From Nitrospirota bacterium (GTDB taxonomy: Bacteria > Nitrospirota > UBA9217), in assembly GCA_029858565.1 (NCBI GenBank), contig JAOUEV010000002.1, positions 32,001 to 96,000 of the forward strand: a stretch of DNA of 64,000 nt. The letters are read 5' to 3'. The position numbers were made by a program, and so were the translations under genes. This document shows, piece after piece, positions 18,292 to 26,294 of this stretch. Under the pieces are notes generated by a model. The model was not told the DNA's origin and searched no databases. It saw only the letters and a program-made list of their open reading frames with translations. The first letter of the stretch is position 1; each line of letters opens with the position of its first letter.

Positions 18292-19050
18292 CTATTTCGC
18301 CAGGACCCTGCGCAGGAATGTTCGTGTCCGTTCCTGGCCCGGAGACGTGAAGATGCTCTCGGGTGGACCTTGCTCAACGATCTCCCCTTTGTCAAAGACA
18401 ACGACCTCGTGCGCGATTTCCCGTGCAAAGCCCATCTCATGGGTTGAAATGAGCGTTGTCATCCCTTCCTGGTACACCAGGTCCCTGATCACCGCCAGCA
18501 CATCCCCCACGGTCTCCGGATCGAGCGACGCCGTCGGCTCGTCAAAGAGCATTGCCTGGGGACGCATGGCCAGAGCCCGGGCAATGGCAACGCGCTGCTG
18601 TTCCCCGCCCGAGAGCGTTGCCGGCCGTGCCAGTGCTTTGCTCTCCAGATTGATCCTCCTGAGGAACGACAACGCGTCCTTTTCCGCGGTTCCGCGGTCA
18701 ATGCCGAGCACCCTCACCGGCGCTTCGACCACGTTCTCCAGCACGGTCATATGCGGGAAAAGATTGAACTGCTGAAAGACCATCCCGACCTTGAGCCGCA
18801 CCTGACGTATCGCCTCGGCGTCCTCCCGCGACGGCCGGCTGCGGTTCAGCGAATGGAGCGCGATCTCCGCCACATCGATCTCGCCCTGCTCAAAGTGCTC
18901 GAGCCCGTTGATGCACCGGAGAAGCGTGCTCTTGCCGCTGCCCGACGGCCCGATCAGCACGATCACTTCGCCTTTTTTCACCTCAAGGTCGATGCCCTGG
19001 AAGAGCTTGTGGTTGCCGAAGGATTTATAGAGGTTTCGGATCTTGATCAT
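18292..19050 (-). CDS. polar amino acid ABC transporter ATP-binding protein (GlnQ family)
   Basis: GPSGSGKSTLLRCIN, VGMVFQQFNLFPH, LSGGEQQRVAIARAL, FDEPT. Confidence 0.95.
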   Translation of the reverse strand: MIKIRNLYKSFGNHKLFQGIDLEVKKGEVIVLIGPSGSGKSTLLRCINGLEHFEQGEIDVAEIALHSLNRSRPSREDAEAIRQVRLKVGMVFQQFNLFPHMTVLENVVEAPVRVLGIDRGTAEKDALSFLRRINLESKALARPATLSGGEQQRVAIARALAMRPQAMLFDEPTASLDPETVGDVLAVIRDLVYQEGMTTLISTHEMGFAREIAHEVVVFDKGEIVEQGPPESIFTSPGQERTRTFLRRVLAK

Positions 19051-19076
19051 AATATCTTATCTACTTCCACATCGTC

Positions 19077-19182
19077 CTCGCGCGAAGCCACGAAGCCACG
19101 AAGAACAGCGTTTAAACTCGATTCTGCCTGGATGTGAATTTGTCATTTGCTTTCCTTCGTGCGCTTCGTGACTTCGTGCGAG
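19077..19182. repeat. imperfect inverted repeat built of CACGAAG units (REP/MITE-like)
   Basis: CTCGCGCGAAGCCACGAAGCCACGAAGAACAGC (19077-19109) pairs with GCTTTCCTTCGTGCGCTTCGTGACTTCGTGCGAG (19149-19182). Confidence 0.8.
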
Positions 19183-19224
19183 AATAGGGTTTGTGAACCT
19201 GTTCTGATTGCTTATCTGCAATTT

Positions 19225-20712
19225 CTATTTGTGTCCCTTGAGCTTTCTTTCCAATCTCCTCGCCATGATCGACAGCGGCCAGCTCATGCCGAAATAGAGC
19301 AATGCCACCACCAGCCCCAGCTCGAAGTACCGGAGCGTGGTGGCTGCAAGGATGCTGTAGGTCTTGGTCAGCTCCACCATGGCTATCACCGAAACTATCG
19401 AAGAATCCTTAAAGAGCGCGATGAAGTCGTTGGTAACGGCCGGAAGGCTGATGCGGAAGGCCTGCGGCAGGATGATGCGCCGGAGCGCAAGGAGCCGCGG
19501 CATGCCGAGCGACAGGGCGGCCTCCATCTGGCCTTTGGGCACTGCCTCGATGCCTCCGCGGTAGACTTCTGCCTCATAGGCCGCGTAGTTCATGCCCAGG
19601 CCGATGATGGCTGCCGCGAACGGCGAAAGCACGATCCCGATGTTCGGCAGGCCGTAATAGATAATGAAGAGCTGGATCAGGAGCGGCGTGCCGCGATAGA
19701 CCTCGATATAAACGGCTGAGGCTGCGCTCAATGCCCCTGGTCCGTACATGCGCAGGAATGCCAGGCAGATGCCGAGGCCTATGGCCAATGCCATGGAAAT
19801 GATTGACAGGACCACGGTCATTCCCGCGCCTTTGAGCAGGGACGGCAGGAACGTCGAGAGCGGAGCTTCGTCGCTGTCGGTCCTGAGCTTTGACGCGGTG
19901 TCTGTGGCAGCAGCGGTCTCGAACAGCTTTGTCTGGGTCTTGTCCCAGAGGTCCCACTTGTCATAGATGTTCTTGAGCTCGCCGGTTCGCAGGAGCTTGT
20001 CAATGACCTTGTCGATCGCCTGCTTCAGCTCACGGTCGTCTTTTCTTATCGCGATGCCGTAGAACCCTTCGCCCTCAGGCGGGCCGACGTACTTGAGCCG
20101 CTTGTCCGGTTTTGCATAATAAGCGGTGATGGGGGTGTCCAGGAATGCCGCGTCTATCCTTCCGAGAGCCAGATCGTCGTAAGGCCAGACAGCTGAGTAG
20201 GACTTGAGGGTCACTCCGCCTATCTTCCTGAGCAGGGAATCGGCCATTGCGCCTGCAAGGGTGCCTACGGTCATTCCTTTCAGGTCAGCGATGGAATTGA
20301 TCCTGGTCTCGTCCTTTCGCACCACCAGCTGGAGCGTATATACATAGTAGGGCCGGGACATGAGCACGCGCTTCTGGCGCTCGGGGATGATCTCCAGCCC
20401 GTTCATGGCAATGTCGTAATTGCCCCGCTCAAGGCCAGGCACCAGGCTGTCCCACTCCGTCTGGACCACCTGCGCCCTGACACCGAGCTCCCGGGCGATG
20501 GCCTCGGCGATATCAGCCTCGAATCCGAGCAAACGGGAAGGGTCTTTTGGATCAGGGAAAGCCAGCGGCGCGCCGCCGGCAATATCGCAGCCCCAGAGCA
20601 GCACGCCGCGCTGCTTGATCGTGTCGAGTGTGGAGGGTGCGGCATTGGCTGATGCCGCGGCCAGCAGGAAGAAGAAAAGGGCCAGGACCGTTCTCAGAAG
20701 CCGGGAAGGCAT
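19225..20712 (-). CDS. amino acid ABC transporter, fused substrate-binding protein and permease
   Basis: Signal peptide, family-3 SBP domain, then HisM/GlnP permease (YIEVYRGTPLLIQL, AYEAEVYRGGI, GQMEAALSLG); start 20712 follows a TTGACA-17-TACTGT promoter. Confidence 0.93.
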   Translation of the reverse strand: MPSRLLRTVLALFFFLLAAASANAAPSTLDTIKQRGVLLWGCDIAGGAPLAFPDPKDPSRLLGFEADIAEAIARELGVRAQVVQTEWDSLVPGLERGNYDIAMNGLEIIPERQKRVLMSRPYYVYTLQLVVRKDETRINSIADLKGMTVGTLAGAMADSLLRKIGGVTLKSYSAVWPYDDLALGRIDAAFLDTPITAYYAKPDKRLKYVGPPEGEGFYGIAIRKDDRELKQAIDKVIDKLLRTGELKNIYDKWDLWDKTQTKLFETAAATDTASKLRTDSDEAPLSTFLPSLLKGAGMTVVLSIISMALAIGLGICLAFLRMYGPGALSAASAVYIEVYRGTPLLIQLFIIYYGLPNIGIVLSPFAAAIIGLGMNYAAYEAEVYRGGIEAVPKGQMEAALSLGMPRLLALRRIILPQAFRISLPAVTNDFIALFKDSSIVSVIAMVELTKTYSILAATTLRYFELGLVVALLYFGMSWPLSIMARRLERKLKGHK

Positions 20713-20864
20713 GGAGAACAGTAGCATTGAGCGAAGAGGCTGTCAAGAGCGGACCTTGACAATTACTGCCATATGTATATAATCGGACTTGCTCCATCTA
20801 TGTCGCTGACATCCTTCCGCTATTCTACTACAACGAAGTACAAGATATACAGGATCGCGAGGTG

Positions 20865-21038
20865 TTGCATCGATTCGAGGATGATACTTTGGTGCCTGTT
20901 CGGGTCGGGTACCGTGATGCTGCGTGACGGGAAATGGCAAAGGCTGCGAAAGGTAAGTGGGATCCAGAGAAGCGTTTATGGTATATCCAATTCGGAAGAA
21001 TCAATAACACAGAGCTGGCAAAGTTTATCGTATCATAA
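20865..21038 (+). pseudogene. C-terminal fragment of a KxxxGxWDPEKxLWY (DUF5710-like) protein with an internal stop
   Basis: Frame reads LHRFEDDTLVPVRVGYRDAA*REMAKAAKGKWDPEKRLWYIQFGRINNTELAKFIVS*; TGA at 20925-20927. Confidence 0.55.
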
Positions 21039-21085
21039 ACCACGCTCTCGGAAAAAGTTTATGATAGCAATAACCGGTTTATGAT

Positions 21086-21262
21086 ACAACAGGAACATTC
21101 AGCCCGGCTGCGATCAAAGAGGCCACCCGCGATGGAGCGCCACCGATTGACCTGGTTGACGGGGACCAACTTGCGGAGAAACTCAAGGAGCTTGGACTCG
21201 GCCTCAAGAAAGAAATGGTAGAAAAAGTCAGCATTGACAAGGATTGGTTTAGGAACCTATAA
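21086..21262 (+). pseudogene. mrr: Mrr restriction endonuclease C-terminal remnant
   Basis: TTGTFSPAAIKEATRDGAPPIDLVDGDQLAEKLKELGLGLKKEMVEKVSIDKDWFRNL* is the typical end of the Mrr catalytic domain; no start codon or N-terminus. Confidence 0.8.
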
Positions 21263-21268
21263 AAAGTC

Positions 21269-21314
21269 TTGACGACTCAGCCTGGCCGGTGTATCTTCAA
21301 TGTAGATACATTGA
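21269..21314 (+). promoter_or_regulatory. mazEF promoter (TTGACG-17-TATCTT) with alternating-palindrome operator
   Basis: TGTATCT/AGATACA (21290-96/21304-10) overlaps TCAATGTA/TACATTGA (21297-304/21307-14). Confidence 0.75.
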
Positions 21315-21327
21315 GGGAGGCTGTGTT

Positions 21328-21570
21328 ATGAAAACACGTGTTCAGAAATGGGGCAATAGTCTTGCTTTGCGCATTCCAAAAGCATTTGCGGACGAAGTCG
21401 GTTTGCTGAAAGATTCTTCTGTTGAGGTATCTCTGACGAATGGGAATCTTGTCGTCGTGCCAATTGAAAAACCGGGCGTGACCTTGAAAAAACTATTGGC
21501 GCAGATTACCGAAAACAATATTCATCACGAGGTAGACAGCGGACCCGCGGTTGGGAATGAAACATGGTAG
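21328..21570 (+). CDS. mazE: AbrB/MazE antitoxin
   Basis: MKTRVQKWGNSLALRIPK; C-terminal TLKKLLAQIT..N.H.EVDSGPAVGNE.W; GGGAGG RBS. Confidence 0.95.
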   Translation: MKTRVQKWGNSLALRIPKAFADEVGLLKDSSVEVSLTNGNLVVVPIEKPGVTLKKLLAQITENNIHHEVDSGPAVGNETW

Positions 21571-21911
21571 ATCCCAAATCATATGTCCCCAAGCGGGGTG
21601 ACGTGGTTTGGATAACTTTAAACCCTCAAGCCGGGCACGAACAGGCGGGGCGAAGACCTGCTGTCGTTCTTTCGCCTCAACCGTACAATGAAAAGGTTGG
21701 CCTCGCCCTCCTCTGTCCCATCACAAATCAAATCAAAGGATATCCTTTTGAAGTTGTCATACCCCCCGACCTGAGCGTAACCGGAGCAATTCTTTCCGAT
21801 CAAGTGAAGAGTTTGGATTGGCGAACACGAAACGCGGAATTGATCGGCGTCTTGCCTCCCAAGACAATATCCGAAGTGCTGCAAAAAATCGGACTACTGC
21901 TTACACGGTAG
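21564..21911 (+). CDS. mazF: MazF endoribonuclease toxin
   Basis: YVPKRGDVVWI..NPQAGHEQAGRRPAVVLS...CPIT..KGYPFEV...LSDQVKSLDWR; overlaps mazE. Confidence 0.95.
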   Translation: MVDPKSYVPKRGDVVWITLNPQAGHEQAGRRPAVVLSPQPYNEKVGLALLCPITNQIKGYPFEVVIPPDLSVTGAILSDQVKSLDWRTRNAELIGVLPPKTISEVLQKIGLLLTR

Positions 21912-21938
21912 TCCAGCATTCTCATAATACAAAGAATA

Positions 21939-21998
21939 TTTCAACCAGCGGCTCGACGCCAACACGGGCTGCGCCCGTGGGTCAGCCGCGCGTTAAAA
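21939..21998 (+). mobile_element. integron attC recombination site (60 bp)
   Basis: R'' TTTCAAC and R' GTTAAAA; GCGGCT(C)GAC / GTCAGCCGC arms with one extrahelical base; terminal CACGGGC-TGC-GCCCGTG hairpin; next ATG at 22001. Confidence 0.8.
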
Positions 21999-22000
21999 CT

Positions 22001-22471
22001 ATGAGAGCCAAAATTACAACCATAATCGCAACGAATGAAAGGAAGATGTGGAACGAGATACAGAAAGTATCATCTCTCATGTATGTTGCATCTCCAATCC
22101 TGATTTTCAAATCTCGGAATGGAGAGGAACTGCCTGAAAAATGGGAAATTGAGAAGCGATACCAGTTCCGGATTTATGCATTGGGTTTCGTGCCACTTGG
22201 TGCTCACGATATTGTCGTGAAAAAAATCGATCCAGATAAAAAAGAATTATTCACGAATGAATCCGGTTTTTTGGCAAAAACGTGGGACCACTTTATTCGG
22301 ATTGAACACATTGATGCGAATACCATCAGGTATTCCGATGAAATTGAAATAAAAGCTGGCATCCTTACTATATTTATCTGGCTATTTGCACATGTTTTCT
22401 ATAGGCACCGCCAAAAAAGGTGGAAAGCATTGTTCGTCAATGCGATCTGCCGATCAACTCAAAAATCCTGA
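22001..22471 (+). CDS. SRPBCC/START-like hypothetical protein, integron cassette
   Basis: ATG directly after attC; AT-rich; WDHFIRIE...IRYSDEIEI...FYRHRQKRW pattern. Confidence 0.7.
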   Translation: MRAKITTIIATNERKMWNEIQKVSSLMYVASPILIFKSRNGEELPEKWEIEKRYQFRIYALGFVPLGAHDIVVKKIDPDKKELFTNESGFLAKTWDHFIRIEHIDANTIRYSDEIEIKAGILTIFIWLFAHVFYRHRQKRWKALFVNAICRSTQKS

Positions 22472-22607
22472 TCGAACGGCGAGACAGGTAGCTGTATTGC
22501 GCTGTCTCAAGGTATTCGGGAGCGATATCCCGGCTGATGACGCTGTAGGTTGCATCGAATTCCAGTGAGTCATGGGCGAGATCGATGAAGTTGAAGGTGT
22601 CTTTCAT
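22437..22607 (-). CDS. 56-aa leaderless small ORF or truncated gene
   Basis: MKDTFNFIDLAHDSLEFDATYSVISRDIAPEYLETAQYSYLSRRSIRIFELIGRSH*; TTGACG-17-TATAGT promoter ends 6 nt before the ATG. Confidence 0.45.
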   Translation of the reverse strand: MKDTFNFIDLAHDSLEFDATYSVISRDIAPEYLETAQYSYLSRRSIRIFELIGRSH

Positions 22608-22666
22608 TGGCGAACTATAGGGGAAAGAGGCCGAATCGTCAACAGCGATAAACTAAATTCCCTCTG

Positions 22667-22696
22667 TTGACAAGTCCCGCTCATTCTGGCTATAAT
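22667..22696 (+). promoter_or_regulatory. consensus sigma70 promoter TTGACA-18-TATAAT
   Basis: Both hexamers perfect; upstream of relE-phd. Confidence 0.85.
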
Positions 22697-22705
22697 ATGG
22701 CCAGA

Positions 22706-22993
22706 ATGAGATACGAGATTGTATTATCCCCAGAGGCAAACGAGGATTTAAAACGATTGAACGCTCATGACCGCGCGACAGTGCAGGATTTAATGAAAGT
22801 CCATCTGCGCCATGAGCCTGCAAAAATCAGTAAAAGTCGGATAAAAAGGTTGCGCGGCCTGAATCGCCCGCAGTACAGACTGCGCATTGATGAATATCGC
22901 ATCTTTTATGACGTTAGTGAAGATAGGGTAGAAATACTCGCCATAATCACCAAATCCGCAGCCGCAAAATGGCTTGAAGAAGTAGGAGAATAA
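22706..22993 (+). CDS. RelE/ParE family toxin
   Basis: MRYEIVLSPEANEDLKRL...IKRLRG...YRLRIDEYRIFYDV....VEILAI; ATG 22706 chosen because ATG 22697 abuts the -10 box. Confidence 0.88.
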   Translation: MRYEIVLSPEANEDLKRLNAHDRATVQDLMKVHLRHEPAKISKSRIKRLRGLNRPQYRLRIDEYRIFYDVSEDRVEILAIITKSAAAKWLEEVGE

Positions 22994-22995
22994 CG

Positions 22996-23229
22996 ATGAA
23001 AAAGATAGCATTGTCTGAGGTGAAGGATGACCTTTCCCGGTATTTACGCGCCGCCGAGAAAGAGGAAATTGTGATCACGCGCCATGGCAAGCCTGCCGGG
23101 GTTCTGATAGGATTCGAGTCAGAAGAGGATTGGTTTGACTATCGCTTGGAGAATGACCCCCGTTTTCTGAGTCGGATTCAGCAGGCACGCAATAGTATCA
23201 AAGCCGGAAAAGGAATAAAGCTGGAGTAG
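22996..23229 (+). CDS. Phd/YefM family antitoxin
   Basis: IALSEVKDDLSRYL...EEIVITRHGKPAGVLI. Confidence 0.92.
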   Translation: MKKIALSEVKDDLSRYLRAAEKEEIVITRHGKPAGVLIGFESEEDWFDYRLENDPRFLSRIQQARNSIKAGKGIKLE

Positions 23230-23374
23230 CCATAGACTCACCGATCCAACCACTTCTTTTGTTTCTTAACCGGAACTCTCCCGCAGCTTTCATCCCTGTT
23301 GCATTCCTTCCCGGTCATGGATTATAATCTGTCCGTTTGCAGAGGCCGGACCCTTCCGGCGAGGAGGAGTTGAT

Positions 23375-25270
23375 TTGGCAGCTACCTATACAGCAAAAGA
23401 CATCACGGTCCTGGAAGGACTGGAGCCGGTCCGCAAGCGGCCGGCAATGTATATCGGGTCCACGGACATCCGCGGGCTGCACCATCTCGTATGGGAAGTG
23501 CTCGACAACGCGGTTGACGAAGCATTGAACGGATTCTGCACGGCGATCACGCTGCGCATCGAGAAGGACGGCGGCGTGACCGTGACGGACAACGGCCGCG
23601 GCATCCCCGTGGACATCCATCCCAAGACCAAGCGTCCGGCGATCGAGACGATCCTCTGCACGCTCCACGCGGGCGGCAAGTTCGACCACACGGCCTACCG
23701 CTCCTCCGGCGGTCTGCACGGCGTGGGCGCGTCGGTGGTGAATGCCCTTGCCGAGGTCTTTATCGCACGGGTATGGCGCGACGGGTACGAGTGGACCCAG
23801 GAGTACACCCGCGGCAAGCCGAAGCATAATCTCAAGAAGGGCAAACCCACGAAGTCGCACGGTACGGAGATCTATTTCAAACCCGATACGGAGATCTTCT
23901 CCAAGACCCATTTCAACGCCAAGACCATCCTGGACGTGACCGAGAGCAAGGCTTTCCTGAACAAGGGCCTCAAGATCACCATCGAGAACGACCGGGACGG
24001 CGAGAAACCGGTCACCTTCAAGTACGACAACGGCATCCAGGACTATATCAAGCGAATTGTTTCTGCCACCACGGTGGTGAATGCCGAGCCTTTCTACTTC
24101 GAGAAAGAGGACGACTTCAAGATCGAGTGCGCCATGCACTGGACCCTGGCAACGGACATGGAGATCCATTCCTACGCCAACTCGATCAACACCTCCGACG
24201 GCGGCACCCATGAGCTCGCGGTGCGCGCCGGGCTGACCAAGGCGGTGCGGGCCTACGCGGAGCGCAAGAACCTGATCCCCAAGAACATCAAGACCATTGC
24301 TCCTGAGGACGTGTACGAAGGCCTCTACGGCATCGTGAGCGTGCTGGTCAAGAATCCCCAGTTCCAGGGCCAGACCAAGGAGAAGCTGAACAATCCCGAG
24401 ATCTCCTCGCCCATCGAGAACTCGGTCAAGAACGCCTGCGAGGCCTATCTGCTTGCCAACCCGACCATGTCCGACGCGGTGGTGAAGCGTGTGCTGCTGG
24501 CCTCAGAGGCGCGCATGGCGTCGCGGGCCGCCAAGGACAGCGTCACCCGGAAGCTGTCGTCGCTCAAGCTGAACCTTCCGGGCAAATTATCCGATTGCTC
24601 AACGAACAAGGTGGAGGACTCGGAGCTCTTTATTGTGGAAGGAGACTCCGCAGGCGGGTCCGCAAAGATGGCGCGCGACCGGAAGACCCAGGCGGTGCTG
24701 TCCTTGCGCGGCAAGATCCTGAACGTCGAGCACGTGGCGTCGCTTGAGAAGATCCAGTCGAACAACGAGATCAAGAACCTGTTGGCAACCTTCGGGTGCG
24801 GGTTGGGGGCCCATTTCGACCTGAACAAGCTCAGGTACAACCGCATCATCCTCATGACCGATGCGGACGTGGACGGCGCCCATATCAGCGTGCTGCTGCT
24901 TACCTTTATTTATCGGTACATGCCCGAGCTGATCAACAAGGGCCACGTATTCCTTGCCATGCCGCCGCTCTTCAGGATCGAGGTGGGCAAGGAGGTCATG
25001 TATGCCATGGATGACATGGAAAAGGAGAATATCCTGGCCAAGCTGAACAACCGAAAGTACGAGGTCGGTCGTTTCAAGGGACTGGGCGAAATGAATCCCG
25101 AGACGCTGAAGGAAACTACCATGAACCCCAAGACCCGCACGCTCATGAAGGTGCAGGTGCTGGACCACAAGGCCACCGGCGACGTGTTCGAGCGGCTCAT
25201 GGGCAAGGATCCCAAGGCCCGGTTCACCTTTATCCAGGAGCGGGCGGAGTACGCGGAACTGGATATCTAA
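23375..25270 (+). CDS. parE: type IIA topoisomerase B subunit, ParE-like
   Basis: VLEGLEPVRKRP, EVLDNAVDE, DNGRGIP, HAGGKF, SGGLHGVGASVVNAL, EGDSAGGSAK, DADVDG, RFKGLGEM; 631 aa without the large GyrB insertion; TTGCAT-18-TATAAT promoter and GAGGAGG RBS. gyrB versus parE is not certain. Confidence 0.8.
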   Translation: MAATYTAKDITVLEGLEPVRKRPAMYIGSTDIRGLHHLVWEVLDNAVDEALNGFCTAITLRIEKDGGVTVTDNGRGIPVDIHPKTKRPAIETILCTLHAGGKFDHTAYRSSGGLHGVGASVVNALAEVFIARVWRDGYEWTQEYTRGKPKHNLKKGKPTKSHGTEIYFKPDTEIFSKTHFNAKTILDVTESKAFLNKGLKITIENDRDGEKPVTFKYDNGIQDYIKRIVSATTVVNAEPFYFEKEDDFKIECAMHWTLATDMEIHSYANSINTSDGGTHELAVRAGLTKAVRAYAERKNLIPKNIKTIAPEDVYEGLYGIVSVLVKNPQFQGQTKEKLNNPEISSPIENSVKNACEAYLLANPTMSDAVVKRVLLASEARMASRAAKDSVTRKLSSLKLNLPGKLSDCSTNKVEDSELFIVEGDSAGGSAKMARDRKTQAVLSLRGKILNVEHVASLEKIQSNNEIKNLLATFGCGLGAHFDLNKLRYNRIILMTDADVDGAHISVLLLTFIYRYMPELINKGHVFLAMPPLFRIEVGKEVMYAMDDMEKENILAKLNNRKYEVGRFKGLGEMNPETLKETTMNPKTRTLMKVQVLDHKATGDVFERLMGKDPKARFTFIQERAEYAELDI

Positions 25271-25311
25271 GTTAAAGCGACACGTTTTAAATGGAAGAGC
25301 AAGGGATATTG

Positions 25312-25347
25312 AAAAGCGGCAGATCACCTGATCTGCCACTTTTTTTT
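25312..25347 (+). terminator. Rho-independent terminator
   Basis: AAAAGCGGCAGATCA-CC-TGATCTGCCACTTTTTTTT. Confidence 0.85.
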
Positions 25348-25592
25348 CAGATGCTCTATTGTCGAGGAAGAGGACGGAAAATCATTGTCTGCTTTTTTTC
25401 TAGTCCGCCGGTAATAAAGAGTAAGAGAGTTCATTTCTGGGCGTATAATTCATGCAATTTTAAGTTATCCACAGGAAAATATGTTATAACATGCGGTATT
25501 ATCTACAGCATATCTGGTTAAATTAAGAATGAATATAAATTAAAAAGTGTTAATACTTTGAGGAATATGTGAAAATTACCATATGGTTATGG

Positions 25593-25621
25593 TTGACAAA
25601 GATGGATAAAAGGAGTATTAT
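25593..25621 (+). promoter_or_regulatory. sigma70 promoter of the pilus operon (TTGACA-17-TATTAT) in an AT-rich control region
   Basis: Near-consensus boxes about 160 nt upstream of the first pilin start. Confidence 0.6.
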
Positions 25622-25782
25622 TTAAGTAATAAAATTACTATATACAATAAATATTGTTTGCGCAGATGGCATTTGCGTAAGGGTGATGTGTTGATAAAAC
25701 GCACCACCTTTGGTTAATATAGAAAAAACAGTGTTGCAAAGACGTGCAGTCGTTGTTATTCAGAAGAAGGAGGATATTAACA

Positions 25783-26235
25783 ATGAAGAGTTTCTACTTA
25801 GTTGTGGCGGCGGCTTTAATGGTTGTGATGGCGGGCGGGGCGTGGGCAACGGATACGTCGGACCTGATCGTGACCGCGAATGTTTCGGATACCTGCACTA
25901 CAATAACCGACGGAACACCAGTGGCAATCGCGCTGGATCCTATGGCTGGAGGCGCCGTGACCAACGGCGGTGTAGCAGTTCAACCTAACATCAAGTGCAC
26001 CATGGGATCGACCCATGCGGTCTCTTGCTCATCGTTGAATACAAATAATTTGAAGAACGGCGCCAACCTGATCCCCTATATGTACAACGCAGGTTCTGTG
26101 TGCGGAACGAACATAACCGGCAACGGTTCCACTCCAGTCAACCTGACCATGGGTATTGACATTGCCAATGGCGCATATAGCGATTCTCCGGCTGGAGCGT
26201 ATAGCGACACGATCACGATAACCGTCACCTATTAA
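25783..26235 (+). CDS. Csu/spore-coat-U type pilin subunit 1 (probable major pilin)
   Basis: Signal peptide; VTANVSDTC...IKCT Cys pair; C-terminal AGAYSDTITITVTY; AGGAGG RBS. Confidence 0.85.
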   Translation: MKSFYLVVAAALMVVMAGGAWATDTSDLIVTANVSDTCTTITDGTPVAIALDPMAGGAVTNGGVAVQPNIKCTMGSTHAVSCSSLNTNNLKNGANLIPYMYNAGSVCGTNITGNGSTPVNLTMGIDIANGAYSDSPAGAYSDTITITVTY

Positions 26236-26294
26236 GAGCGTTCCTGATGCACAAATGAGGTGATGACCCACTTTAGCGTTCGAGAGTTTCTTTT

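Noticed and set aside
18227-18775. 182-aa ORF as an intact gene
   Set aside because: Beyond codon 21 it is the antisense shadow of the ABC ATPase.
20925-20927. In-frame TGA as another selenocysteine
   Set aside because: Not a Cys-type position, no SECIS-like hairpin seen, and the gene lacks its N-terminus; a nonsense mutation is more likely.
25350-25782. Replication origin (oriC)
   Set aside because: Only two DnaA-box matches and no dnaA/dnaN nearby; better explained as the pilus promoter region.
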